Shown here one piece after another: positions 1-9,405 of a DNA stretch of 64,000 nt. Numbering within the stretch: position 1 is the first letter of the stretch; each line of letters opens with the position of its first letter. The notes under the pieces were generated by a model, which was not told the DNA's origin, did not search any database, and saw only the letters and a list, made by a program, of their open reading frames with translations. Location: positions 1 to 64,000 of the forward strand of contig JBBDIZ010000027.1 in NCBI GenBank assembly GCA_040880145.1. Reading direction: 5' to 3'. Position numbers and translations under genes: made by a program. This DNA comes from Simkaniaceae bacterium. Its GTDB lineage: Bacteria > Chlamydiota > Chlamydiia > Chlamydiales > JAJFMI01.

Positions 1-28
1 TAGACTCGCCACTAAAGTAGCGAGTCTA
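1..28. repeat. Palindromic hairpin TAGACTCGC-CACTAAAGTA-GCGAGTCTA (REP-like, CTAAAG loop)
   Basis: Perfect 9-bp inverted repeat at 1-9/20-28, with further inner pairing on the minus strand; may be cut by the window edge. Confidence 0.6.
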
Positions 29-168
29 GCGCGCCGTCGGTGATCAAGAATATTTTTTTTGGTGAGGAATCACGGAATAAACAACTGGAATGTCGATTTT
101 AAAAAAAAATATTTGTATTGCATGCATGCGGTAAAGCTTGCTAATCTCAAGGTTTAAAAGTTAAGGCT

Positions 169-1614
169 ATGGAGATCCCTGTGAATCAAATTACGATTGC
201 TTATGGAGATGGAATTGGTCCTGAAATCATGAAAGCCGTTCTTCATATTCTTGAAAAGGCAAAGGTTCCCCTTAAATATGATGTCGTTGAGATTGGTGAA
301 AAAGTATACCAAAAAGGGTTTAAAACCGGGATTGATCCTGCAATTTGGGAGATTATTCGCAAAAATCGCGTCTTATTAAAAGCCCCAATTACCACTCCTC
401 AAGGAGGCGGTTTTAAAAGTCTTAATGTCACAATCCGTACGACTTTAGGTCTTTATGCCAATATTCGGCCCTGTCTGTCCTTTTCCCCGTTTATTCGGAC
501 AAAACATCCCCGTATGGATGTTGTCATCATAAGAGAAAATGAAGAGGATCTTTATGCCGGAATCGAATATCAGCAAAGTTTAGAGGTTTGTCACTCCGTC
601 AAATTGATTTCACGCCCAGGTTCTGAGAAAATTGTACGCTACGCTTTTGAATACGCGAAGCATAATGGGCGAAAAAAAGTTGCTTGTTTTACAAAAGATA
701 ATATTATGAAGCTCTCAGATGGGCTTTTTCATGAGGTTTTTGAGGAGATTGCAAAAGAGTATCCTGAAATTGAAAGTCAGCATTGGATTGTCGATATTGG
801 AGCGGCGAGGCTTGCGGATAGCCCTGAAATATTCGATGTGATTGTACTGCCTAATCTCTATGGAGATATTTTATCTGATGTGGCAGCTCAAATAAGCGGC
901 TCTGTCGGGATTGCAGGTTCTGCTAATATCGGACCTTCTGCTGCGATGTTTGAAGCAATTCATGGTTCAGCTCCTCTTCTAGCTAATAAAAATATCGCAA
1001 ACCCTACCGCTCTTCTTTTTGGAGCTTTACTCATGCTTCGCCACTTAAAATTAGATGAGTACGCCTGTACAATTGAAAATGCTTGGCGTAAAACCATCGA
1101 GGATGGAATTCATACCGAAGATATCTTTCAAGAGGGTGTGAGCAAAAAAAAGGTCGGGACAGATACGTTTGCAAATGAGGTTGCAGATCGCCTTGGCATG
1201 AAACCCCAAGAGCTTCCCGTTGCGACAAAAGGATCCGGAGCAGTCTCTTCCCACCCCATAACATTTAAAAAAATAGATCTCAAAAAAAAGCTTATGGGCG
1301 CTGATTTTTATATAGAGAAAAAATGCAGTGCAAATGAATTTATTGAAAATTTTGCTGTAAAGAAAAAGGGGCAATTATCCTTAAATATGATTACAAATCG
1401 CGGAGTTCGCGTCTGGCCTCAGGGTCAAAAAGAAACTTTTTGTGTGGATCAATGGCGTTGCCGCTACCTCAATATTGAAAAAGCGCCTCTTTCCCTACAG
1501 CAAGTTCTTGAGCTCGCTCAAAAACTCGTTCAATCAGGCTACGATTTACTCAAGATTGAAAATCTCTATTCATTCAATGATAAACCTGCCTTTTCACAAT
1601 TTGAAACTTGGTAA
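169..1614 (+). CDS. icd: Isocitrate dehydrogenase, ~480-aa type with C-terminal extension
   Basis: GDGIGPEI, KAPITTPQGGGFKSLNV, RENEEDLY, NLYGDILSD, FEAIHGSAP motifs. Confidence 0.93.
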   Translation: MEIPVNQITIAYGDGIGPEIMKAVLHILEKAKVPLKYDVVEIGEKVYQKGFKTGIDPAIWEIIRKNRVLLKAPITTPQGGGFKSLNVTIRTTLGLYANIRPCLSFSPFIRTKHPRMDVVIIRENEEDLYAGIEYQQSLEVCHSVKLISRPGSEKIVRYAFEYAKHNGRKKVACFTKDNIMKLSDGLFHEVFEEIAKEYPEIESQHWIVDIGAARLADSPEIFDVIVLPNLYGDILSDVAAQISGSVGIAGSANIGPSAAMFEAIHGSAPLLANKNIANPTALLFGALLMLRHLKLDEYACTIENAWRKTIEDGIHTEDIFQEGVSKKKVGTDTFANEVADRLGMKPQELPVATKGSGAVSSHPITFKKIDLKKKLMGADFYIEKKCSANEFIENFAVKKKGQLSLNMITNRGVRVWPQGQKETFCVDQWRCRYLNIEKAPLSLQQVLELAQKLVQSGYDLLKIENLYSFNDKPAFSQFETW

Positions 1615-1619
1615 GAATG

Positions 1620-2759
1620 TCAATCAATTTCAAGATCTTTTTCCAAATGTTTTTCAAAGGCATTTAAAAAACGACATCCATACATTCCATCAATAATTCG
1701 GTGGTCAAAAGTAAGGGTGATATGAATATGAGTGCGAATTTTAATCGAATCATCATCCATAGCCACAACTTTGCGTTCAATAGCACCAACGCCTAAAATC
1801 GCAACTTCAGGATGGTGAATAATGGGAATCCCCGCTTTTACACCTGACATTCCAAAATTTGTCATGGTAATCGTTCCCCCTTGAACATCATCGGGCTTGA
1901 GAGTTTTAGATCGCGCTTTTTCTGAAAGTTTCGCAATTTCAGAGGCAATTTGTAAAAGAGATTTGTTTTCACACCCGTGAATAACAGGAACCATAATTCC
2001 ATTTTCAACGCTGACGGCAATTCCAATATTCACCGAAGGCTTAAGTACGATAGTATCTTCTTCAATTGAGGCATTGAGATAAGGATATTCCTTGAGAGCC
2101 TTAGCTAGGGCTCTAGCAATAAAAGCCGTGATCGAAAGTTTAACCCCATGTTCCTGAAAAAAAGCCTCTTTCTCTTGCTTGATTAACTTTTGAACCTCTG
2201 TAATATCGATTTCTGTGAGAAAACTAGCATGAGGAGCTTGGTAAAAGGATCGAACCATACTTTCAGCTATGGCTTTTCGAATTCCCGTCATCTTAATGCG
2301 CTGACCGCTACAGTCTTTTTTCTCTGATGGCGTGTAGTTTTCGATATCTTTTTTTGTCACTCTTTTGCCGGCACCCGTACCTTTAATTTTTTTCAGGTCA
2401 TCGATGCTTAAATTTTTTTCACTTGCAATACGCATCACAGCGGGTGAGTAATAGTGCTCCATAGACTCTTCTTGAGAGGTGGTTTCTTGTTGCAATCTTG
2501 GGGCCTTCTCTTTTTCAATTGCACTCCCTTCTTCTGAAAGAATGCAAAGAGGAGCTCCCACATCCACTTCTTCATCCACTTGAACTAGAATTTTCTGTAA
2601 TACACCACTTGCAGGAGCTGGAATTTCACTATTTACCTTATCTGTTGAAACTTCTAAAAGAGGTTCATCAAGCTCGACAGCATCCCCTTCTTTTTTAAAC
2701 CATTGAACTATTTTTGCATTTAAAATACTCTCGCCGAGCTTTGGGAGATTGACTTCCAT
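1620..2759 (-). CDS. 2-oxoacid dehydrogenase E2 (dihydrolipoamide acyltransferase; SucB/BkdB-like)
   Basis: One lipoyl domain (STDKV), E3-binding domain (GTGAGKRVTKKD), catalytic DHRIIDG. Confidence 0.92.
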   Translation of the reverse strand: MEVNLPKLGESILNAKIVQWFKKEGDAVELDEPLLEVSTDKVNSEIPAPASGVLQKILVQVDEEVDVGAPLCILSEEGSAIEKEKAPRLQQETTSQEESMEHYYSPAVMRIASEKNLSIDDLKKIKGTGAGKRVTKKDIENYTPSEKKDCSGQRIKMTGIRKAIAESMVRSFYQAPHASFLTEIDITEVQKLIKQEKEAFFQEHGVKLSITAFIARALAKALKEYPYLNASIEEDTIVLKPSVNIGIAVSVENGIMVPVIHGCENKSLLQIASEIAKLSEKARSKTLKPDDVQGGTITMTNFGMSGVKAGIPIIHHPEVAILGVGAIERKVVAMDDDSIKIRTHIHITLTFDHRIIDGMYGCRFLNAFEKHLEKDLEID

Positions 2760-2762
2760 AAT

Positions 2763-3983
2763 TTACTCCAACCATGTGACGTGATGATATTGCTTTTCAT
2801 CGATTTGTTTTTCTTTTTTCGCAACATAAACGGCTGCGACAGCATCGCCGAGTACGTTCACAACAGATGAGACCATTTCTCGAACGCGATCGACACCGGC
2901 TAAAAAGGCAATGCCCTCTAAAGGGAGCCCCATAGCGTTGAGCACAACGGTGAGCATTACAAGCCCTGTTCCCGGAATTCCGGCAGCTCCAATTGCAGAG
3001 ACTAGCGAAATAAAAATCAAAAGAATAATTTTCGAAAATCCAAGATAAATTCCATAGGCCTGTGCAATGAAAATCGCTGAAATGGCTTGTCCAATAGCAG
3101 CTCCGTTCATATTAATGGTCGATCCAAGACTCATAACAAACCCTGAAATATCTTTTGAAACTCCAAGGTGATCCCTTACACACTCTAAGGATACAGGCAA
3201 AGTCGCTGAGCTGCTATTTGTAGATAAGGCAACAACAATGGCATCTTTCATTCCCTTAAAGAAAGGGGCGATTTCTAAGCGGGAGAGAAGTCGAAGTGAA
3301 AATCCAAAAACAACAAAAATCTGAATTAAACAGGCTATGTAGTTGCAAAGCAAAAATTTTCCAAGGGGGATAATTATTTTAAGTCCCATCGATCCAACGG
3401 CGGTTGCAATCAGAGCAAAAACACCGTAAGGCGCGATATGCATAATAAAATGAGCAAGGGAGTACATGACCTCCGCTACCGACTCAAGTACAGAAAGAAT
3501 CATTTTGCCTTTCTCTCCCGATAGGGTCAGCCCAAATGCAAAAAGAACAGCAAAGACAATGATTTGCATTACATTTCCCTCAGCAAATGAGGCAATCGGA
3601 TTGATGGGAATCAAAGAGAGAACAAAATCAGCCCATCCCATAACCACAGGCTCTGTGATTCCTGTTCCAAATGTACGGCTTAAGTCAAGACCTTCACCCG
3701 GCTTGATCACAAAAGCAATCAATACCCCAATTGAAATCGCAATTACGGTCGTAATCGCATAGAACGCAAATGTCCGAAGACCTATCCGACCCAGCTTTTT
3801 AGGGTCGTTGATATGGCATATCCCAACAACTAAAGAGGAGAAAACAATGATTCCAACGAGCATCTTTAATAGATCGATGAATATTTTCCCTGCAACGTCT
3901 AAGACTTCAAAAGAGCGCTTAAAAATCAGTCCAAAAGCGATCCCGATAACGAGACCTATCAAAATTTTAATCCATGGCTTCAT
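2763..3983 (-). CDS. gltT: Dicarboxylate/amino acid:cation symporter (GltT/GltP family)
   Basis: Multi-TM; STNSSSATLP, INMNG, AAGIPG, DRVREM motifs. Confidence 0.9.
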   Translation of the reverse strand: MKPWIKILIGLVIGIAFGLIFKRSFEVLDVAGKIFIDLLKMLVGIIVFSSLVVGICHINDPKKLGRIGLRTFAFYAITTVIAISIGVLIAFVIKPGEGLDLSRTFGTGITEPVVMGWADFVLSLIPINPIASFAEGNVMQIIVFAVLFAFGLTLSGEKGKMILSVLESVAEVMYSLAHFIMHIAPYGVFALIATAVGSMGLKIIIPLGKFLLCNYIACLIQIFVVFGFSLRLLSRLEIAPFFKGMKDAIVVALSTNSSSATLPVSLECVRDHLGVSKDISGFVMSLGSTINMNGAAIGQAISAIFIAQAYGIYLGFSKIILLIFISLVSAIGAAGIPGTGLVMLTVVLNAMGLPLEGIAFLAGVDRVREMVSSVVNVLGDAVAAVYVAKKEKQIDEKQYHHVTWLE

Positions 3984-3986
3984 ATA

Positions 3987-5075
3987 TTACCTTATTTTTA
4001 CCCGATTGATCCAATCTTCAAAGCAGTGGGTATCATACTTGATTTTGACATCCGGACTTGCATAGGAAAGAAATAGATCTGCTCTATCAAGAAATGATAA
4101 CTTAACCCAATCTTTTTCTGTACAGACAAGCCCTTCTGCCCCTAAATCCCTCGCCCTTTCGACTAACTTATCCAGCTCTTTGGGGCCAAGACCTAAGTGG
4201 TCGGGTAATTCATGTTTAAATATTAAATTGGCTCCGCCTTTTTTGAGATCCTCAAAAAATTGTATGGGGTTTCCAATCCCACAGAAGGCTGCCAACTTTC
4301 GGCCAAGTAAAGGTTTTACCTCTTTATTTGCATTTTGAGAGGTTTTTAAGATTAACTCGGTCCCAATAACTGGCGCATTAGAGTAGTCTCGAATACGCTT
4401 TTTGATTTTTTTGTATTGCTCTTTATCATTTACATGATGCACAGCGATCAATCCAACTTCTTTAAGCCTCTTTGGCGAAACTCTTAAGCGGCCCCTCGGT
4501 AAAAATTCATCCAATCCAAAAGGGTCATTAGCTGAAAGGAGTACAATCAAAACATCGCTTTTAAGCGCATAGTGCTGCATCCCATCATCGAGAATAAGAA
4601 GATCAGCACCTAACTCCTCTGCCTTCTTTGCAGAAAGCGTGCGATTTTTTCCAGCTAAAACGATCGCCCAAGGGAGGTGCTTAGCCAATAGGAAGGGTTC
4701 GTCTCCCCCCTCGATTGAAGATTTTATTGGTCCCTGCCCTTGAGACACGATAAAAGGCTTTTTATTATGCTCAGCTTGAGATCGGAATCCCCGCGACAAG
4801 ATCGCGACTTGACCTTTATCTTTTAAAGCATGAGCTAAAAGGCGGACAAACGGTGTTTTTCCGCTTCCACCGCAAACAATATTTCCCACTGACAACGTGA
4901 GCCGCTTGCTTTGATAGCTTTTCTTCATCCTTAAAAAGTAGACACTTCTATGGATGAGAGCCCCTAAACGATAGGGATAGGTTAATAGTTTTAATCCAAA
5001 GAGAATCAAACGCTCGCTTCTCTTCGGAAATGATTTTCTAATTAAGCGCCGATGAAACATCTCAAGCGCCTTCAA
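3987..5075 (-). CDS. lpxK: Tetraacyldisaccharide 4'-kinase
   Basis: SVGNIVCGGSGKTP, ILSRGF, GDEP, LDDGMQH, TEKD. Confidence 0.95.
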   Translation of the reverse strand: MKALEMFHRRLIRKSFPKRSERLILFGLKLLTYPYRLGALIHRSVYFLRMKKSYQSKRLTLSVGNIVCGGSGKTPFVRLLAHALKDKGQVAILSRGFRSQAEHNKKPFIVSQGQGPIKSSIEGGDEPFLLAKHLPWAIVLAGKNRTLSAKKAEELGADLLILDDGMQHYALKSDVLIVLLSANDPFGLDEFLPRGRLRVSPKRLKEVGLIAVHHVNDKEQYKKIKKRIRDYSNAPVIGTELILKTSQNANKEVKPLLGRKLAAFCGIGNPIQFFEDLKKGGANLIFKHELPDHLGLGPKELDKLVERARDLGAEGLVCTEKDWVKLSFLDRADLFLSYASPDVKIKYDTHCFEDWINRVKIR

Positions 5076-5665
5076 TCGGTTAAAACTCCAACATCCGCAA
5101 AAACGAGTGCTTCAATTTGCTCAATCAAAACATGAATCGCTGTCATGTGGGCCTCTTGAATACGATCAGAAGTTAAAAAATCTTTTACAATAAGCTCTAA
5201 ATCACAGACTCCTTTTAACAACCCTCCACTCTTCCCCAAAAAGGCAATCGTGAAAAGCTTTCTCTTTTTAGCGGCTAAAGCAGCGTTAATTAAATTTTGG
5301 GAATTACCACTGGTCGTCAAGAGAACCAACACATCTCCGGGTTTGCCGTGAGCTTCAACTCCTCTTGAAAAAACCTCTTCAAATCCAACGTCATTTGCCA
5401 CACAACTCATATGACCCGGATCGGAAAGAGCAATAGCCGGAAGGGCCGGTCGTTTCCCGCGAAAAAAACCCGTCAACTCTTCAGCAAAATGCATAGCATC
5501 GCAAAGGCTTCCTCCATTCCCGGCAATCAAGACCTTATTCCCCCCTCGCAAGGAGTCGCTGATGACTTGGGCTGCCCTTTGGATAAAGAAAACGCCGGAA
5601 TCTTCAAGAAGTTGGCTGACAGCCGCAGCTCCCTCGGCAAGACTCTTTTTGATCTCTTCTATCAC
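5072..5665 (-). CDS. gmhA: Phosphoheptose (sedoheptulose-7-phosphate) isomerase
   Basis: GNGGSLCDAMHFAEE, ANDVGF, TTSGNS, SDRIQEAH; start moved to GTG 5665 behind GAGG SD (ORF track start 5719). Confidence 0.93.
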   Translation of the reverse strand: MIEEIKKSLAEGAAAVSQLLEDSGVFFIQRAAQVISDSLRGGNKVLIAGNGGSLCDAMHFAEELTGFFRGKRPALPAIALSDPGHMSCVANDVGFEEVFSRGVEAHGKPGDVLVLLTTSGNSQNLINAALAAKKRKLFTIAFLGKSGGLLKGVCDLELIVKDFLTSDRIQEAHMTAIHVLIEQIEALVFADVGVLTD

Positions 5666-5781
5666 CGGCACCTCATTAAAAATGATTTTACACAATCTTA
5701 CAGTTTGCTTTTGCAGCATACAGTATTCAGCATTTTTTTTCTAGTCGCAGCAAAATATCCCAAGCTGGCACACTATAGTCG

Positions 5782-6726
5782 ATGAGAAAAAAACGCATTG
5801 CCCTTATTGGAGCATCCGGTCTTGTTGGGAGAGAACTGCTCAAGCTTATTCAAGAAGAGAACCTCCCCTGGGACCTCTCTTTTTTTGCTTCAAAAAAACG
5901 AGGCGCTTTTGATGTGTTAACCCCTGAAATGTTTGATGATTTCGATCTTGCTTTTTTTTGTACGTCATCAGAGGTCTCAAAAAAATGGATTCCTTATGCT
6001 CTAAAATCAACTTGTCAAACCATTGACCTCTCAAGCGCCTATAGGCTAAATCCAAATTACCCTCTTGTCATTCCGGAAATTAATGGGGAGGAGCTCAAAA
6101 AGAATCCAAAACTTGTCTCATCACCCAATTGCACGACGACGTTGATGCTGCTCGCTCTTTATCCACTTGATCCGATTCTTCACATTCAAAAGGTTGTAGC
6201 CTCAACCTATCAAGCTATGAGCGGATCCGGGATAAAAGGGCTTAAAGCCTTGGAATCTGCTATAGAAAAAGGCGCGCTTTCTGTCTTTCCGCATGAATCT
6301 TCTCATGACTCTGAGGCATTTAGCGGCGAGGAGGAAAAAATGATCTTTGAAACAAGGAAAATTCTCAATAAAGATTTAGACATTCACCCCATAGCGATTC
6401 GCGTCCCTGTCAAAAGAGCTCATAGTCTCTCTTTATATATTGAAGGGAAGAATGAGGTCGATCTAAGCCGGGTAAAAAAAGCGTTAGATGAATTTCATGG
6501 AATCAAACGCGTCGAAAACGCTCAACTCACCTCCGAATTTGCATCCGAGCAACGACCTATTTTTTGTGGACGTATTAGAAAAGATTTTAAGAATGCTTAT
6601 GCCCTCTCTCTATTTGTTGTCGGTGATCAACTCTTAAAGGGCGCTGCCTTAAATGCTTTCCAATGTGCAAAAATTCTTCTCAAAAATAAAACGTTTGTAT
6701 ATAATAGCGATAAGGAAAGAGTTTAG
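5782..6726 (+). CDS. asd: Aspartate-semialdehyde dehydrogenase
   Basis: GASGLVG, DLSSAYR, PEIN, PNCTT, STYQAMSGSG, DQLLKGAALNA. Confidence 0.92.
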   Translation: MRKKRIALIGASGLVGRELLKLIQEENLPWDLSFFASKKRGAFDVLTPEMFDDFDLAFFCTSSEVSKKWIPYALKSTCQTIDLSSAYRLNPNYPLVIPEINGEELKKNPKLVSSPNCTTTLMLLALYPLDPILHIQKVVASTYQAMSGSGIKGLKALESAIEKGALSVFPHESSHDSEAFSGEEEKMIFETRKILNKDLDIHPIAIRVPVKRAHSLSLYIEGKNEVDLSRVKKALDEFHGIKRVENAQLTSEFASEQRPIFCGRIRKDFKNAYALSLFVVGDQLLKGAALNAFQCAKILLKNKTFVYNSDKERV

Positions 6727-6727
6727 A

Positions 6728-7198
6728 ATGTATAAATTTTTTATTTCAGTTTTTTTTCTTTCAATTCAACCTTTGATGGCTGATGAGGTCTGCTACACCC
6801 CCTCTCATTTTCTCTTTTCAGAGAAGGAAAGAGCTCAACCTAAACTAGAAGAGGGAAATAAATTTTATTCAAAAAAAATTCCTGAAACGGGCATTGCCTA
6901 CGGCTCTTGCGCTAGAAAACTATTAATTGAAGCTCCTGAAAAGGCTAGAAGCATAAGTGGCGTCTACCTCTATTACAAGGGAACACACCTTCCTTTTGAG
7001 CTGCGTACCTTCGCAACTGTTACACCAAAACTCTCTCCTCAAATTCAAATTTCCGATAATCAAGGATTCGCTTTAACCGGAAGACTTCGCCCTTACAAAA
7101 AAGCGCCTCCTATCGACATGGATATCCAATTCAATTCAAATAATATTTTCGACTCCACGAAAATGGGAGTTGAAACCTCTTTAAAGTTCAAATACTGA
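6728..7198 (+). CDS. Hypothetical exported protein, possible small outer-membrane beta-barrel
   Basis: ATG 6728 one base after the asd stop; signal-like MYKFFISVFFLSIQPLMA; ends TSLKFKY. Confidence 0.6.
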   Translation: MYKFFISVFFLSIQPLMADEVCYTPSHFLFSEKERAQPKLEEGNKFYSKKIPETGIAYGSCARKLLIEAPEKARSISGVYLYYKGTHLPFELRTFATVTPKLSPQIQISDNQGFALTGRLRPYKKAPPIDMDIQFNSNNIFDSTKMGVETSLKFKY

Positions 7199-7813
7199 AG
7201 TAAAATCCGTATCGCTTTTCACTTCGATTTCTTCATCTTTTACAGGATGTTGAAAACGAACAAAATAGTGGTGTAGATAAATCCGATTTGCCTTAATTCG
7301 ACTTCCATATTTTTTGTCTCCAACAATAGGACACCCCACTTCTGCAAGCTGCGCTCGAATTTGATGATAACGTCCCGTTACAAGCTGAATTTCGACTAAT
7401 TGCAGCCCCTCCTTTTTTTTGACTACGCGGTAAAAAAGCTCTGCTTCTTTGCCCTCCCCAATATGGGCTCGATGAGATTGATGAGAAATCAAATTTTTTA
7501 AGTTCCCCTTCTCACCCGGCATTTTCCCTTCAATTAATGCCAAATAGCGTTTTTCAATTTTCCTTTCCCTCTGAGCTTCGTTGAGACGAGCAAGAGCTTT
7601 TGAACTGCGAGCAAAAATAACAAGGCCGCTTACCGGTTTATCTAATCTATGAACGGGGTGTAGAAAAACACGCCCAGGTTTTTGAAATTTTTCCTTAATG
7701 AACTTTTTTGCATCGTTTTCAAGAGAGTGTTTCGATCGTCCATCCTCTTGAGTCAGCCTACCAGCCTCTTTTTCAACAATAAATAAATGATTGTCTAGAT
7801 AATAATTACGCAT
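7181..7813 (-). CDS. RluA-family RNA pseudouridine synthase
   Basis: VHRLDKPVSG, TGRYHQIR, PIVGDKKYG, LH motif. Confidence 0.93.
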   Translation of the reverse strand: MRNYYLDNHLFIVEKEAGRLTQEDGRSKHSLENDAKKFIKEKFQKPGRVFLHPVHRLDKPVSGLVIFARSSKALARLNEAQRERKIEKRYLALIEGKMPGEKGNLKNLISHQSHRAHIGEGKEAELFYRVVKKKEGLQLVEIQLVTGRYHQIRAQLAEVGCPIVGDKKYGSRIKANRIYLHHYFVRFQHPVKDEEIEVKSDTDFTSVFEL

Positions 7814-8597
7814 TTTTTTGTCTTAGGGCTTCATAGAGAATAAGTGTGGTTGCAGAGGCTACATTCAAAGAATCTGCGACTCCTTTCATGGGAATTTTCA
7901 CTTTGATATCCGCTTGTTTAAGCCACTGATCGCTTAATCCCAACTGCTCAGTTCCCATTGCAATGGCTAGAGGTCCTGTAAGATCAACTTGTGTAAAGAT
8001 CGTTTCAGCATGGGGAGTAGTGGCGACAATAGAAATCTGCTTCTCTTTTAAAAAGGAGATGACCTCCTCACTTGTAGACTCAATCACGGGTTGTGTAAAT
8101 AAAGTACCAACGCTTGCCCGAACAACATTCGGATTATAAATATCCGTACAGCGATCACAAATAATAACAGCGTCTACACCTGCGGCATCGGAACTTCTTA
8201 AAATGGTTCCCAAGTTGCCCGGCTTTTCGATCGATTCCACAATGAGTAAAAATGGGGAAGCTTCTAAGTTTAAATCAGAAAGAGTTAATGGCTTTTTATT
8301 GGCAATCGCAATTAATCCATCGGGGCGATCTCTGTAGGAGATTTTTTCAAATACTTCTTTTGTCACTCTAAATATTTGAGCTCCTCTCAATTTTATCGAA
8401 TCTATAAGAGCCTCTTCATTTGAGCCTAAAAAATGCTGAGGGCTATAAAAAAGAGAGTCAATTTCTACAGTATCAGCTCTAGAGAGCTCTCGATAGCCCT
8501 CGATGAGATACTGATTCGTTTTATCTCGCACTCGTCTCTCTCTAAGCTTAACCAGTTGTTTTACATATTGATTTTGCAGGCTCGTAATTTCACTCAT
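7806..8597 (-). CDS. TrmH/SpoU-family RNA methyltransferase
   Basis: EKPGNLGTILRS, GTEQLGL, IPMKGVADSLNVA. Confidence 0.93.
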   Translation of the reverse strand: MSEITSLQNQYVKQLVKLRERRVRDKTNQYLIEGYRELSRADTVEIDSLFYSPQHFLGSNEEALIDSIKLRGAQIFRVTKEVFEKISYRDRPDGLIAIANKKPLTLSDLNLEASPFLLIVESIEKPGNLGTILRSSDAAGVDAVIICDRCTDIYNPNVVRASVGTLFTQPVIESTSEEVISFLKEKQISIVATTPHAETIFTQVDLTGPLAIAMGTEQLGLSDQWLKQADIKVKIPMKGVADSLNVASATTLILYEALRQKNA

Positions 8598-9405
8598 AGA
8601 TCACTCTCGCAAAATGTCCCGCCGGAAGAAAAAATCCAGCCTTTGATGGTAGAAGGGTCTCTCCGGATTCAATTTTTTGCCCCTTTGCTTTTTGCTCTAA
8701 GAGATTTGATAAAACGGTCGATGAAAGGGCTGGCGTATGACAGGTAAGAAGTAAAAAAAGAGGCTTCTTTGAAAGTAATTGAAAGCAAAGATCTAAAAGA
8801 TGAGGAAGATCCTCTTCTATTTTAAAAACTTCATTGCTGCTTCCCCTTCCAAAGGATGGAGGGTCAAGAATAATCGCATCATAGGTCCGCTCTCTTTTGA
8901 TCTCTCGCCTTAAGAATTTTATCGCATCATCGACAATCCATCGAACGGGGGCTTTCTCTAATTGATTTAATTTTGCATTCTCTTTTGCCCAACTAACCAT
9001 CGGCTTTGAGGCATCAAGGTGTGTTACAGATGCCTTTGCAGATAAAGCCGCTAATGTCATTCCACCTGTATAGGCAAAAAGATTTAAAACTTCAGCATTT
9101 TGACCTTCTAAAGCTTTTTGAACAAACCGCCAATGGATCTGGTGTTCTGGAAAAAGACCAAGATGGCCAAAATCTGTTGGAGAGACCTTAAAAAAAAATC
9201 CTGAACAATTGACCTGCCACTGTTTTGGAAGAGGGCCGCTCCAATGGTTCCCATTCTCTCTTGAAAAGCTCGCATCGCATCCTTTCCATTGATTTGGATC
9301 TTCAGGTTGCCAAACCGCCTGCGCAGAGGGTCGAATCAATGTATACGGTCCAAATCTTTCTATTTTTTTGAAAGACCCGCTATCGAGAAGTTCGTAATTT
9401 TTCAT
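8590..9405 (-). CDS. Class I SAM-dependent methyltransferase (RlmI/RlmK-like)
   Basis: YELLDSG, GLFPE, LNLFAYTGG, ILDPPSFG; start ATG 9405 overlaps the cinA stop (ATGA). Confidence 0.88.
   Translation of the reverse strand: MKNYELLDSGSFKKIERFGPYTLIRPSAQAVWQPEDPNQWKGCDASFSRENGNHWSGPLPKQWQVNCSGFFFKVSPTDFGHLGLFPEHQIHWRFVQKALEGQNAEVLNLFAYTGGMTLAALSAKASVTHLDASKPMVSWAKENAKLNQLEKAPVRWIVDDAIKFLRREIKRERTYDAIILDPPSFGRGSSNEVFKIEEDLPHLLDLCFQLLSKKPLFLLLTCHTPALSSTVLSNLLEQKAKGQKIESGETLLPSKAGFFLPAGHFARVIYE

Noticed and set aside
49..113. 12-bp inverted repeat AATATTTTTTTT / AAAAAAAATATT
   Set aside because: Low-complexity homopolymer match, expected by chance in AT-rich intergenic DNA.
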